A DNA stretch of 42,597 nucleotides, from positions 1 through 42,597 of IMG/VR virus record IMGVR_UViG_3300030329_000920. One strand, 5' to 3'. This document shows positions 10,268 through 19,203 of this stretch, one piece after another. Positions within the stretch are counted from its first letter, which is position 1; each line of letters opens with the position of its first letter. The DNA comes from a virus. Lineage: Duplodnaviria > Caudoviricetes. Below the pieces are notes generated by a model. It had not been told where the DNA came from. It was given only the letters and a program-made list of their open reading frames with translations, and made no database searches. The position numbers and the translations under genes were made by a program.

Positions 10268-10736
10268 TATTCATCTCCTTTATTACAAATATAAAATCTT
10301 TATTCTCTACTCCGTAGGGTAGTTTTTTTCTGGGTTCAAATCCTAAAAACTGTAACCACTTTAATGATTGCCAATTTCTTTCATCTACAAAGTTATATAA
10401 AAATTTATAACCTTCACCCATTTCCTCAATCCACTTAGGACACTCTCTTAAAAATTGTCTAGTGTGATTAAATAATTGTTCACTTGATAATAACCAAGCA
10501 ACACCGTATTGTGGGTCTTGTTCGCTTGGTGTTGAACCAAACATACCAATAACACCTTCCTGTTCTGTACCTAGTATGGTAAATGTTTTATGTTTTTCAT
10601 ACGTAAAAGGTAACACTAAAGCTTTTAGTGGTGTTACTCCGTGTGACGCTTTAATTTCTTGTTTATCAAGTTTTCTCATTTTAGGGGCTAATTCTAAAGC
10701 GTCACTTAGAACAGCTTCCCTTACACATTTTTCCAT
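10260..10736 (-). CDS. gp13-like protein with GNAT acetyltransferase fold (DUF2833-like)
   Basis: MRKLDKQEI...AWLL...LYNFVDERN..SLKWLQFLGF motif; follows tail tube B. Confidence 0.75.
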   Translation of the reverse strand: MEKCVREAVLSDALELAPKMRKLDKQEIKASHGVTPLKALVLPFTYEKHKTFTILGTEQEGVIGMFGSTPSEQDPQYGVAWLLSSEQLFNHTRQFLRECPKWIEEMGEGYKFLYNFVDERNWQSLKWLQFLGFEPRKKLPYGVENKDFIFVIKEMNNV

Positions 10737-13231
10737 TATCCTCTTCTTGAGCGTCTATGATAAAACCCTTCAATTTCTGCTGAAATAAAATGACTTGGTA
10801 AGTGAGAATTATTGTTAAGAGTACAAGTAAATTTTGTATTTTGTGATTGTATCGGTATTCTATATGTCCCACTTGCGATGTTAGGCTGTCCTATTACAGA
10901 GTTTGCAGAATTAATTACATTACCACTCATTTCATAAGTTGTTGTTGAACGTCCTTCTGGTGTTACGTCTACAGTAAAGAAACCACTATCTTCATAATCT
11001 ACTGACATGGTTCTTATTTGATAACGTCCTGAAGTTATAGACATTGCCCCACCTTGTCCTTGCTCTTTCATATATGGTTTTGTAAACTGATAACTAGAAT
11101 TAAACTTAGCACCAAACACACAAGAAGTGTGATTGCCTTCAACAATAACTGTTGTACTGTTTTGAGAAACAATATTTAAATCAGCACCATTAGTAGCGTC
11201 TACACAAAATAATGTTTGGTTATCAGTATACGGAACAGTAAAAGTTGTTTGGTCAGTAGTTGCATTATATGAACCAGTGAGTGTGCTAGTCTTCATATCT
11301 AAATGAATAGAAAATCCTAAAGAACCAAAATCAGGATTACGTAAATCTATACGCAATAGTTTAGCGTTAGTATTTTCATTAACTAAGACATACAAATAAC
11401 TGTCATAAGCCTCGGCTGATAATATTTGCATATTATTTAAAGTCCAAGTAGACCAAGACGATTGTACTTTTTTATTTGCGTCAAAGAAATATTTATAAAT
11501 ATATAAAGTGTTTGCATTGGTTGCTGTTACAGCACTTCCCGGAGTGTAAGGTGCAGTGTTAGAGCCATCAATTGTATCGTGACATAATACAACCATTGTA
11601 TCTTCAATTTGATTTGAAATAATTTTGTATGCGTTATTAGGAATTAATTTACTAACACCTACAGTTATATCTATACCATCATTTGTAAGTGTATCATCAT
11701 CTGCAAAGTATTCTGTTATAGCTGTTTTATCATTTCTGTTTTGTGCAAAATAAACAAATTTACCAGCAGATTTTGGAGCAACACTTGTATCATGTGAGAA
11801 TGTACTAGTCTTAGCAAGAACTGCTGATGTTGGTGTTATACTGTCACCTGAAGATTCTAATATATATTGTGCTTCTTCAGAAAATAATAAAAGTTGCTCA
11901 TTAAAATCTATAGAGTTATAAAGTTTGTTTACAGTAGTACCACTAGCTGCAATATCAATAGGGTCAGTATCTAATACATCTGTTCCTGTTGTTGCATAGA
12001 AATTATAATACTTACCATTTTCTGAAAGTATTAAATTTTGGTCAGCAATAATCCCTAATCTGTTTTGAAAGAAAGTTAAGTTGTTTACTGTCTTACCAAC
12101 AAAACTAGGTGCTGAATTTGTATCAGCGTCACCAGCCACTCTATCAGTCCATGTTGCTTTTCTAAAAGTAAATGTACCATCATTATTGTTTATTAGAGTG
12201 TGTGGCATTGTTGTAGAGTCTAATCCTACTTTAACTCCCGGCCCAACAGTTTCTTTCCATACACCATTGCCTTCAAACTTTACATAGTAGTCCGATAAAG
12301 CGTCACCTTCATCACCAGTTATTTTTATAATAACTCCAGTTTTTCCATACCAAGGTAAATTTGCAAAATCAGAAATAGTATCTTTAATGGCGTACATTGC
12401 TTGGTTACCAAAACCATCTGTAGTTTCTACTGTATAAGCTTTACCATCTGGTACACTTGCATATAAAGTGTTACCATAAGATTCAAATGTAAATTCAGCA
12501 GTTATTCCTGAATAGTTTTTTAATCCTTGTGAGGTGCTTAACTGGGCGCCGGTATCTGTTCTAACAGTTTCAAAACCAATACCGTCAGCAGCACCGTCCC
12601 ACTCTGAACTTGAAGTTCCATACATAAGTATGTCAGCTATTTTTGCAGTATCTCTAAACTTACCATCTGTACTTGCGTCATTACCAGTTGGCATTTGAAA
12701 ACGCACTTCAATAGGATAAGCTATATCTGCATGAGTAAGTTTAACTTTATACTCTCTACCGTATTGTGAACTTTTCACATAAATTAAAAATTCTTCTACT
12801 TTAGCTGCTGTTGTTGAAGTGTTTTCTGCAACAGTTTTTTGTTTATTAGAAACAAATGTATAATCAGCAATATTTGTAAATCGTAAATCTTCTAAAGCGT
12901 TGGATGTAGCAAGATAACTTACCCCATCAGGAGTACTAACAGTTTTTTCATTTCCAGATAAATCAAATACTTTAACACCTTGATTATAAAACACTGCTAA
13001 GTATTGATTTGAACTATCTCTATTAATCCAGTGTACGTGTGCATTATTGGGGAAAGCTTGGCTAGAAAGAATATTAGCTACAAAATCTGAGGAAGGTCTT
13101 TTTGATAATCCGTCAACAAGGTTAGACGAAAAGTTTACTTGGGATTCAGCTTGTGAAACATTACGTTGAACTGGGTTTTGTTGGCTAATCCCATTTATAA
13201 GGTTGGGTATGGATTGCGAAACTACTGGCAT
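10736..13231 (-). CDS. tail tubular protein B (nozzle, gp12-like)
   Basis: QSIPNLINGISQQ, GLSKRP, PSFVG, FFQNRLG, TDPID and QSSWSTW motifs; 831 aa. Confidence 0.95.
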   Translation of the reverse strand: MPVVSQSIPNLINGISQQNPVQRNVSQAESQVNFSSNLVDGLSKRPSSDFVANILSSQAFPNNAHVHWINRDSSNQYLAVFYNQGVKVFDLSGNEKTVSTPDGVSYLATSNALEDLRFTNIADYTFVSNKQKTVAENTSTTAAKVEEFLIYVKSSQYGREYKVKLTHADIAYPIEVRFQMPTGNDASTDGKFRDTAKIADILMYGTSSSEWDGAADGIGFETVRTDTGAQLSTSQGLKNYSGITAEFTFESYGNTLYASVPDGKAYTVETTDGFGNQAMYAIKDTISDFANLPWYGKTGVIIKITGDEGDALSDYYVKFEGNGVWKETVGPGVKVGLDSTTMPHTLINNNDGTFTFRKATWTDRVAGDADTNSAPSFVGKTVNNLTFFQNRLGIIADQNLILSENGKYYNFYATTGTDVLDTDPIDIAASGTTVNKLYNSIDFNEQLLLFSEEAQYILESSGDSITPTSAVLAKTSTFSHDTSVAPKSAGKFVYFAQNRNDKTAITEYFADDDTLTNDGIDITVGVSKLIPNNAYKIISNQIEDTMVVLCHDTIDGSNTAPYTPGSAVTATNANTLYIYKYFFDANKKVQSSWSTWTLNNMQILSAEAYDSYLYVLVNENTNAKLLRIDLRNPDFGSLGFSIHLDMKTSTLTGSYNATTDQTTFTVPYTDNQTLFCVDATNGADLNIVSQNSTTVIVEGNHTSCVFGAKFNSSYQFTKPYMKEQGQGGAMSITSGRYQIRTMSVDYEDSGFFTVDVTPEGRSTTTYEMSGNVINSANSVIGQPNIASGTYRIPIQSQNTKFTCTLNNNSHLPSHFISAEIEGFYHRRSRRG

Positions 13232-13233
13232 AA

Positions 13234-13845
13234 CTAACCCCTATTAGAGCGTTTGTTGCCACGGTTAGTAATGTAATTCATATTGTATTCATCTTTAAGA
13301 ATGTTTGCGTCCATTGCTCTAGAGTCAGCCGCCTCGAATGCTACGTGTGCTTCTTGCTCATCTAAGTTAGCAAGTTTAACTAATTCACTTGCACCAATAT
13401 ATCGAGCTGCAAATCTTCTTGACGCTTTAACTACAATGTAACGTCTTGCGTACTCCGGGATATGTTCAAACTGTTGTACTAAAACTTTATCTACTTGAGG
13501 GTTGTATGTGAATACATCTGTTTTATTTTTTAGGTCATACAAAAATCCATTACGAATAGTGTATTGATATAAATATTGATTAGGCGGTGATGCCTCGACT
13601 TGAACACAGTTAGAATCTAAAGGTACTTTGTTGTCTGTGTCTCTTGACATTGTAATTTCAAATTCTCTATTAAAGAACCATCCTTGAGATTGAACACTCA
13701 TAGATGTTTCATCTAAAATGTTTTTAGCTACAGCCACGTCAGTACCGATGTTTCCAGTTATACTAGAGACTGGTGCCTCACCAATAAAACTAAGCATGGT
13801 GTTTATCGCTTGTAATTCAGTTGTGGGTGTAATCTGTGTTGTCAT
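13234..13845 (-). CDS. tail tubular protein A (gp11-like)
   Basis: TELQAINTMLSFIGEAPV...QSQGWFFN...IPEYARRYI motifs. Confidence 0.95.
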   Translation of the reverse strand: MTTQITPTTELQAINTMLSFIGEAPVSSITGNIGTDVAVAKNILDETSMSVQSQGWFFNREFEITMSRDTDNKVPLDSNCVQVEASPPNQYLYQYTIRNGFLYDLKNKTDVFTYNPQVDKVLVQQFEHIPEYARRYIVVKASRRFAARYIGASELVKLANLDEQEAHVAFEAADSRAMDANILKDEYNMNYITNRGNKRSNRG

Positions 13846-13922
13846 ATTTTCCTATTTTACCGGGGTATAATCATACTGCTCACTTGCTACAACGCTCTGT
13901 GCGTTGAGATATGAGCCTAAAA

Positions 13923-13950
13923 TTTTTTCAAAAGGGGGCATTTAGCCCCC
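13923..13950 (-). terminator. intrinsic terminator after the capsid gene (T-phi equivalent)
   Basis: Minus strand GGGGGC-TAAAT-GCCCCC-TTTT, about 30 nt after the capsid stop codon. Confidence 0.85.
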
Positions 13951-13979
13951 AATTGATAATTTATTATAAAAATTAAAGA

Positions 13980-14975
13980 TTAAGCTTCTTTAATTCCTAC
14001 TGCCGCTTCAGGTCTTAGAACTCCATGACCCATTGCGTACTTACTTACCATTAATGTTCCTTGACGTCTCATGTCATATTCCATTTCGGAAGCCAAATCC
14101 ATAAGCTTAACCGTACCGGCTGCTGATGGGTGAGAAACCAAACAAACATAATTTGCTAAGTTAACTTGTTGTGGGTTAGAGCCACCTTGAGTAGCACTAC
14201 CACCCGGCACTCCAGTATTTGAAGAAAGGTCAGCAGCGATGTCACCGAAGTGAGCAGTCGGTACTAACTCAATTCCAGCAACCTTCATTACTTTACCTTC
14301 TTTAACACCACCGTTTGCTCCACCACTGTAGTCAATGTTGACTGCATTTGTAGCGTTAGCCATTTTGTAGTATTCTTCAAGTCTGATGAATGCTTTTCTA
14401 CCTTCTTTTGGAACGTAGTTAGCGTCTAGTTGTTTTGCTGCATCGAACAAAGAATCAATCATTGCATTTGCAGCAGTTGCCGCAGTTGCACTTGCGATTG
14501 AAGTGTTTGTTAATACAGTTCCAGACGCATACCCTGAGTCACCTACGTTAGCTGACCCTTGAGCTGCTTGTCCAATAGTTTGTAGAACGTGTTTATCTTT
14601 TTGGAATGCTAATGCTCTTCCAATTTCTGTGCTGTATGCACTTCTTACATCCCAATGATTTTTAGCTTCCTCTAGGTTAGATAAAAATACACTTGAGATT
14701 AAAAGGTCATTAATTGTAATAACCTTTTCATTGTGGTTTACGTCACTTCCTGTGATTTCTGCCCCCGGTGTGTGGTATTCTGCACCAATTCTTCCCATAA
14801 CAGGAAATGTTGCAGATTTTCCAGAAGATATGGAGCGAACCATATCAGCACCGTTAGTAACTGTAGACCTTTCAAACGCAGTAAGAACTTCTCCTGAAAA
14901 GACTTTGAGAAACAAGGCATCTTCACTACCAGAAGCATTGACTTTACCAACACTTACTGGTGTTGCTGCTGTCAT
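13980..14975 (-). CDS. major capsid protein (gp10-like)
   Basis: ALFLKVFSGEVLTAF, ISSGKSATFPVMG, EKVITIND and YAMGHGVLRPE motifs. Confidence 0.97.
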   Translation of the reverse strand: MTAATPVSVGKVNASGSEDALFLKVFSGEVLTAFERSTVTNGADMVRSISSGKSATFPVMGRIGAEYHTPGAEITGSDVNHNEKVITINDLLISSVFLSNLEEAKNHWDVRSAYSTEIGRALAFQKDKHVLQTIGQAAQGSANVGDSGYASGTVLTNTSIASATAATAANAMIDSLFDAAKQLDANYVPKEGRKAFIRLEEYYKMANATNAVNIDYSGGANGGVKEGKVMKVAGIELVPTAHFGDIAADLSSNTGVPGGSATQGGSNPQQVNLANYVCLVSHPSAAGTVKLMDLASEMEYDMRRQGTLMVSKYAMGHGVLRPEAAVGIKEA

Positions 14976-15036
14976 AATAATCTCCTTTAGTTTAGATTGT
15001 TAAATCGCCTTACATATCTTTCAGTTTCATAATCAA

Positions 15037-15110
15037 GATTGTCCCTTCGCAAAGAGGTCAAGTCATTAGACTTAATTATGTTTGGCAGTCACCTCAAATC
15101 ATTTGAAGTG
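15037..15110 (-). promoter_or_regulatory. structured capsid leader (two hairpins)
   Basis: Minus strand CACTTCAAA-TGA-TTTGAGGTG and TTGAC-CTCTT-TGCG-AAGGG-ACAA in the scaffold-capsid gap. Confidence 0.55.
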
Positions 15111-15113
15111 CGA

Positions 15114-15848
15114 CTATAGATTGCTAACTTTTAATTTAGCTTGTACGTCATTTCTGTATGCTACATCATTTGCATATCTTGCGTCATTCATTGCTGCTGT
15201 TACTTCAGCCCATGAGCGATAACCTTGTGCATTTGATATACTTGGGTTTTGACCTGTTTGTAATTTAGGGTCACTACCTTCGGCAGTTTTATAACGTGCA
15301 TTAAGACCTTGAACAGCTAATCTAGTTTGTTCAATGTCACCACTGTTAACAGCTTTATTGTATGCAGTTTGTTCAGCTTCAGTTAAATTGTTACTAGCCC
15401 ATTCTGTCATACTTTTATATGCCTCTGCTCCCCCTACTTCTTGCTTAATTGAATTAGAAGTTTGTTGAGCAATTGCTTCTTGCCCTTTTATAAAAGCGTC
15501 TACGTAATCTTTTGGAATACCGGCCTTTTGTAAGGACTCATAAGAACTTTCATCTAACTTTCCATTCTCATTATATTGTTGTTGTAGTGAAGTCATATCA
15601 AGACCTGCACTTTCAACAGCTTGTTCAGCTTTATCTATTGATAAGTCATCTGCTTTCTTAGGTTCATCTTTTACTTCTTCTTTAAGTTTGGGTTCACCTA
15701 ATTTAGTTTCTAACTCACCGTAAGCTTTAGCCATATCTTCAGGCGTACTAAATTTTTCAGGTAACCATTCTGGTCTCTCTGGTTGAGCCACCTCTTCTGG
15801 TTTTTCTGATGTTGTTACACCTTCATTTATTTCTACTTTTTCTACCAT
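15114..15848 (-). CDS. capsid assembly scaffold (gp9-like)
   Basis: RPEWLPEKF...LAKAY-like, VGG.EAY..M.EWA and AM.D.RY..D.AYR motifs; lies between portal and capsid. Confidence 0.92.
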   Translation of the reverse strand: MVEKVEINEGVTTSEKPEEVAQPERPEWLPEKFSTPEDMAKAYGELETKLGEPKLKEEVKDEPKKADDLSIDKAEQAVESAGLDMTSLQQQYNENGKLDESSYESLQKAGIPKDYVDAFIKGQEAIAQQTSNSIKQEVGGAEAYKSMTEWASNNLTEAEQTAYNKAVNSGDIEQTRLAVQGLNARYKTAEGSDPKLQTGQNPSISNAQGYRSWAEVTAAMNDARYANDVAYRNDVQAKLKVSNL

Positions 15849-15849
15849 T

Positions 15850-17424
15850 CTATCCTTGTGGTTTTGTTACGTTGTCTGCAACTTTTGGAGCAACATCTTG
15901 TGCTGTGTCCATCATCTGTTGTTGCATTTGCATTTGTTGTTGTTGCATTTGTTCTTGCTGTAATTGTTCAGGAGATTTAATTAAACCTTCTGTTTCAATT
16001 CCATGTCCTGTTGCTAATCTTTCAACTAAATCACCTACGTTTAATAAGTTAGCAGCTTGAGGATATATTTGTGCAAGTTGTGCTACTTGTCCAACAAACT
16101 CTGATAATTTCTGTAAGTCATTTCCTCTTCCTAATGCTTCAACACCAGTGATGATTGTAGGCCTTACAGAACCTTTAGGAAGTTTTGGAATTTCATTCTT
16201 ACTTCCCATTCTTATCATTAGTAACTGAACTAATGGTAATTGTAATTCTTGTGATAATAAAGAATAGATACCACCCATTGCAGTTTCTAATTCGTTAGCC
16301 ATATAACGTATCTCTTGAGCAGTGACACGTTCAGCTTGTCTTTGTATTGCTGTGTTTAATAAGAAAGCATATTGTAGCCTTTCTTCTAAACGTCCAATAG
16401 CTTTTTCTACTGTTTGTAAATCATAAAACTTTTCTGCTTGTAATACAGAAACATCATCTTTGTTTCCTGTAATTATATCACCGTTACGTGATACTGCTAT
16501 GTCTCTCTTCTTTGTTGTAGAATTTGGTTTAACCATGAAAACCATTTTAGCACTAGCAGCACTAGACTCTACCATTGCTTGAGATAAACCTTCTAATGAT
16601 TTTAAATCACCAATGTATTCTTCTACATAAGAACGTCCATAATCTTCACCATCAACTCTAATCATTCTTAAAGCTAGCCAAGGTAATTGGTCTGCATTGT
16701 GTTCACCAATAGAAGAAGGTATTTTTATACCGTGGACTTCTTGACATATATAAAATTTCTTATCGTTTAGTTTATAAATGTGTGTATATAAATCACAATT
16801 AGTTTCAGATTTAATTTCTTCTTTACTCATCTTTTGAATAACTAATTGTCTTACATCTTCATCAAGAGATAAAATTGATATACTTTCTTTTACAACTATT
16901 TCTAAAATATTTCCTTCACCATCACGCTTACACACAAATTGATTTAAAGGGAAGACACGCATTGTGCCTTGTTTTGGTATGTGACACAAAACATTTCCAC
17001 CAACAATTAATTGTTTTATAGCTTCAAATATCGGAACACGTAAAGAAAGAGCTTCAATCTTTGACATAACTTCACGTTCAATTTTAGCTAAAGATTTTTC
17101 AATAGAAGTTTTAACTTGCGGTTGTTCATCGACTTGTTGTTTAGCTTTGCCTTCTATCGCTAATCTAAAAAATGGTTGGTTGGGGGGAAGTAATAGTAGG
17201 AGTAATTTTGAAGCAAGGTTGTTAACACCTCTGCTACCTACTGATTGAAAAGGACTGTAAAAGTCTTGGGAAGGGGTGAAAGAATTTTCTGGTATTAATG
17301 TTGGAATGGTTAATTCAGAGCATTGTCTACCTCTATTAAGATAATGTTCTCTATCCTCGGTTAGTCTGTCATATCGGCTTTGTGCTGTATCTACAAGATT
17401 GTAGTTAATCATATCATCAGCCAT
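15850..17424 (-). CDS. portal (head-tail connector, gp8-like)
   Basis: QSVGSRGVNNLASKL, GEDYGRSYVEEY and ERVTAQEIR motifs. Confidence 0.97.
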   Translation of the reverse strand: MADDMINYNLVDTAQSRYDRLTEDREHYLNRGRQCSELTIPTLIPENSFTPSQDFYSPFQSVGSRGVNNLASKLLLLLLPPNQPFFRLAIEGKAKQQVDEQPQVKTSIEKSLAKIEREVMSKIEALSLRVPIFEAIKQLIVGGNVLCHIPKQGTMRVFPLNQFVCKRDGEGNILEIVVKESISILSLDEDVRQLVIQKMSKEEIKSETNCDLYTHIYKLNDKKFYICQEVHGIKIPSSIGEHNADQLPWLALRMIRVDGEDYGRSYVEEYIGDLKSLEGLSQAMVESSAASAKMVFMVKPNSTTKKRDIAVSRNGDIITGNKDDVSVLQAEKFYDLQTVEKAIGRLEERLQYAFLLNTAIQRQAERVTAQEIRYMANELETAMGGIYSLLSQELQLPLVQLLMIRMGSKNEIPKLPKGSVRPTIITGVEALGRGNDLQKLSEFVGQVAQLAQIYPQAANLLNVGDLVERLATGHGIETEGLIKSPEQLQQEQMQQQQMQMQQQMMDTAQDVAPKVADNVTKPQG

Positions 17425-17431
17425 TTAATAC

Positions 17432-17632
17432 CTATACTTCTGGAGTATTTCCCGGAATATTTAAATCAGTTTGCATATCCATAGTTCCAGTTTTCTTTTT
17501 CTTTTTCTTTTCTATTTCTAAATTATCTTCTGAAGCTAATTCGATTTCTGGTGCCATTTCATCTGGTTGTGCTACTGATTGAACAGGCTGAACTTGTTTT
17601 TGTACTGGTTGTGAGCCGCCTCCAAAACACAT
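17432..17632 (-). CDS. small virion protein (gp7.3-like position)
   Basis: MCFGG start, basic KKKKKKTG..LQ-like tail, directly upstream of the portal. Confidence 0.55.
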   Translation of the reverse strand: MCFGGGSQPVQKQVQPVQSVAQPDEMAPEIELASEDNLEIEKKKKKKTGTMDMQTDLNIPGNTPEV

Positions 17633-17646
17633 ATCTTTCTCCTTAT

Positions 17647-17883
17647 CTAATAATGATGAACACTTCCGGGATTATTATGGCCCGGAATATACAAACCACT
17701 GCCTAACTCTGGGTCATCAGTATTGTTATTGTTGTTACCATTGTTATTATTGTTTGAAGTATCTATTGATAAATCATTATCATCTTCTTCAGGATTTATA
17801 GGGTCTTTAATGTTTCCATCGACAAACTCTAAATGGGGGTCAGGACGTTTATAGACAGATGGTTTATTACTGCCTATACACAT
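17647..17883 (-). CDS. hypothetical protein, Asn/Asp-rich
   Basis: MCIGS start, GLYIP near the C-terminus, RBS present; gp6.7/7.3 region. Confidence 0.55.
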   Translation of the reverse strand: MCIGSNKPSVYKRPDPHLEFVDGNIKDPINPEEDDNDLSIDTSNNNNNGNNNNNTDDPELGSGLYIPGHNNPGSVHHY

Positions 17884-17884
17884 A

Positions 17885-18088
17885 TTATCCTTCTCCTAAT
17901 AAATTGTTTTCGTTACGTTTCTTTAATTCAATTAACCAATTGACTACACTGCGTTGACCAGCCTTAAACCAAACAACTCTGTCTTCGTCTTTAATGTCAG
18001 GTGCTTGATTAGGATAAACTTTATCTAAAGTTTTCACTAAATCTTCTACAGTGTAGGGTAATTGAATGTCTTCTAAAGGGTTTTCCAT
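17885..18088 (-). CDS. conserved small podovirus protein
   Basis: LDKVYP...VWFKAGQRSVVNWL motif commonly seen upstream of the portal in T7-like phages. Confidence 0.7.
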   Translation of the reverse strand: MENPLEDIQLPYTVEDLVKTLDKVYPNQAPDIKDEDRVVWFKAGQRSVVNWLIELKKRNENNLLGEG

Positions 18089-18097
18089 ATAATTTCC

Positions 18098-18119
18098 TTC
18101 ATATATGGGTACTAATTAA
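18098..18119 (-). promoter_or_regulatory. phage RNA polymerase promoter (head operon)
   Basis: Minus strand TTAATTAGTACCCATATATGAA, at the start of the structural module. Confidence 0.85.
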
Positions 18120-19066
18120 CCCCATAAATCACCAGTTAGGCTACCTTTTGCATACTCTGTGGCCCTGTTCTCAAAGAAATTAGTGTGTTCCACTCCATTT
18201 AATATCCAATCAAGCCAAGGTAGAGGATTATCTTTAACTGCAAAGTTAGGTTTTAGACCTAATTGTAGTAACCTTCTATCTGCAATGTGTCTTATATATT
18301 GTTTAACTTGGTCAGGTTCTAAGCCTTCTACTCCACCTTGTTCAAAAGCTAAGTCAATAAACTTATCTTCTAACATGACCATGTCTCTACAAATATCATA
18401 TAAAGTTTTCTTAAAGTCATCATTCCAGATATGTTTATTCTCATCGATTAAAGTATGGAAAAGTTTAATCATGTTTTCTACATGGTGGCTTTCATCACGA
18501 ATACTCCATGTAACTATCTGACACATACCTTTCATTTTACCAAAGCGTTGAAAGTTTAGCAGCATTATAAAAGACGCAAACAATTGTAAGCCTTCTCCAA
18601 ATGCAGAAAATACAGCTAGTTCTCTAGCCAACCCTTCTACACCCTCACCTTTATTATTAAACAAGTAGTCATGCTTATCAGCCATAGCTTTATATTCTTG
18701 AAAAGCTTTGTACTCACTGTCTGGTAATCCAATTGTATCATTTAGTAATGAATAACTGTGTGCATGATTTGCTTCACTTGTAGCAATAGCAGATAACATC
18801 ATTCTTATTTCTGGTGGTTTAAATTTAGGAATATAATTATCTAGATAAGCTTGTGCTATATCTACATCACCTTGTGTAAAGAATTTTAATATCTGTGTTA
18901 TTAAATTTTTTTCCTCACTAGTTAATCGTTCATTCCAATCTCTAACATCTTCGGCTAAAGATACTTCACTAGGTAACCAGTGCATTTTCTGTTGCATATC
19001 ATAAGCTTCAAAAGCCCAAGGATATTGGAATGGTTTATAATAGCTTCTCTCTTTTAATAAACTCAT
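18116..19066 (-). CDS. nrdB: class I ribonucleotide reductase beta subunit
   Basis: YKPFQYPWA, HWLPSEV, EANH, EGLQLF, RDESHH and NFFENRATEY di-metal motifs; start moved to the MSLL ATG at 19066. Confidence 0.95.
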   Translation of the reverse strand: MSLLKERSYYKPFQYPWAFEAYDMQQKMHWLPSEVSLAEDVRDWNERLTSEEKNLITQILKFFTQGDVDIAQAYLDNYIPKFKPPEIRMMLSAIATSEANHAHSYSLLNDTIGLPDSEYKAFQEYKAMADKHDYLFNNKGEGVEGLARELAVFSAFGEGLQLFASFIMLLNFQRFGKMKGMCQIVTWSIRDESHHVENMIKLFHTLIDENKHIWNDDFKKTLYDICRDMVMLEDKFIDLAFEQGGVEGLEPDQVKQYIRHIADRRLLQLGLKPNFAVKDNPLPWLDWILNGVEHTNFFENRATEYAKGSLTGDLWG

Positions 19067-19203
19067 ACAAACCACCCCCACCAATCAAATAACTCTAAAG
19101 CTTCTATCACTATTATAATTGCTAATTCTACAGCTAGGACTGTATGATAAACAGTCCATAGCACTGATTGTTTTTGTCCGTCTATTGATTTATATTCTTT
19201 CAT
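19063..19203 (-). CDS. 46-aa single-pass membrane protein
   Basis: Hand-translated MKEYKSIDGQKQSVLWTVYHTVLAVELAIIIVIEALELFDWWGWFV; TAATG overlap with nrdA and ATGA overlap with nrdB. Confidence 0.75.
   Translation of the reverse strand: MKEYKSIDGQKQSVLWTVYHTVLAVELAIIIVIEALELFDWWGWFV

Noticed and set aside
13960-14010. T7 10B-like capsid frameshift extension
   Set aside because: No slippery heptamer at the capsid end, and a terminator follows within about 30 nt.
15910-17760. Poly-Gln (portal C-terminus) and poly-Asn (17647..17883) trinucleotide runs as contingency loci
   Set aside because: In-frame low-complexity coding with mixed codons; a Gln-rich portal tail is normal for T7-like phages.
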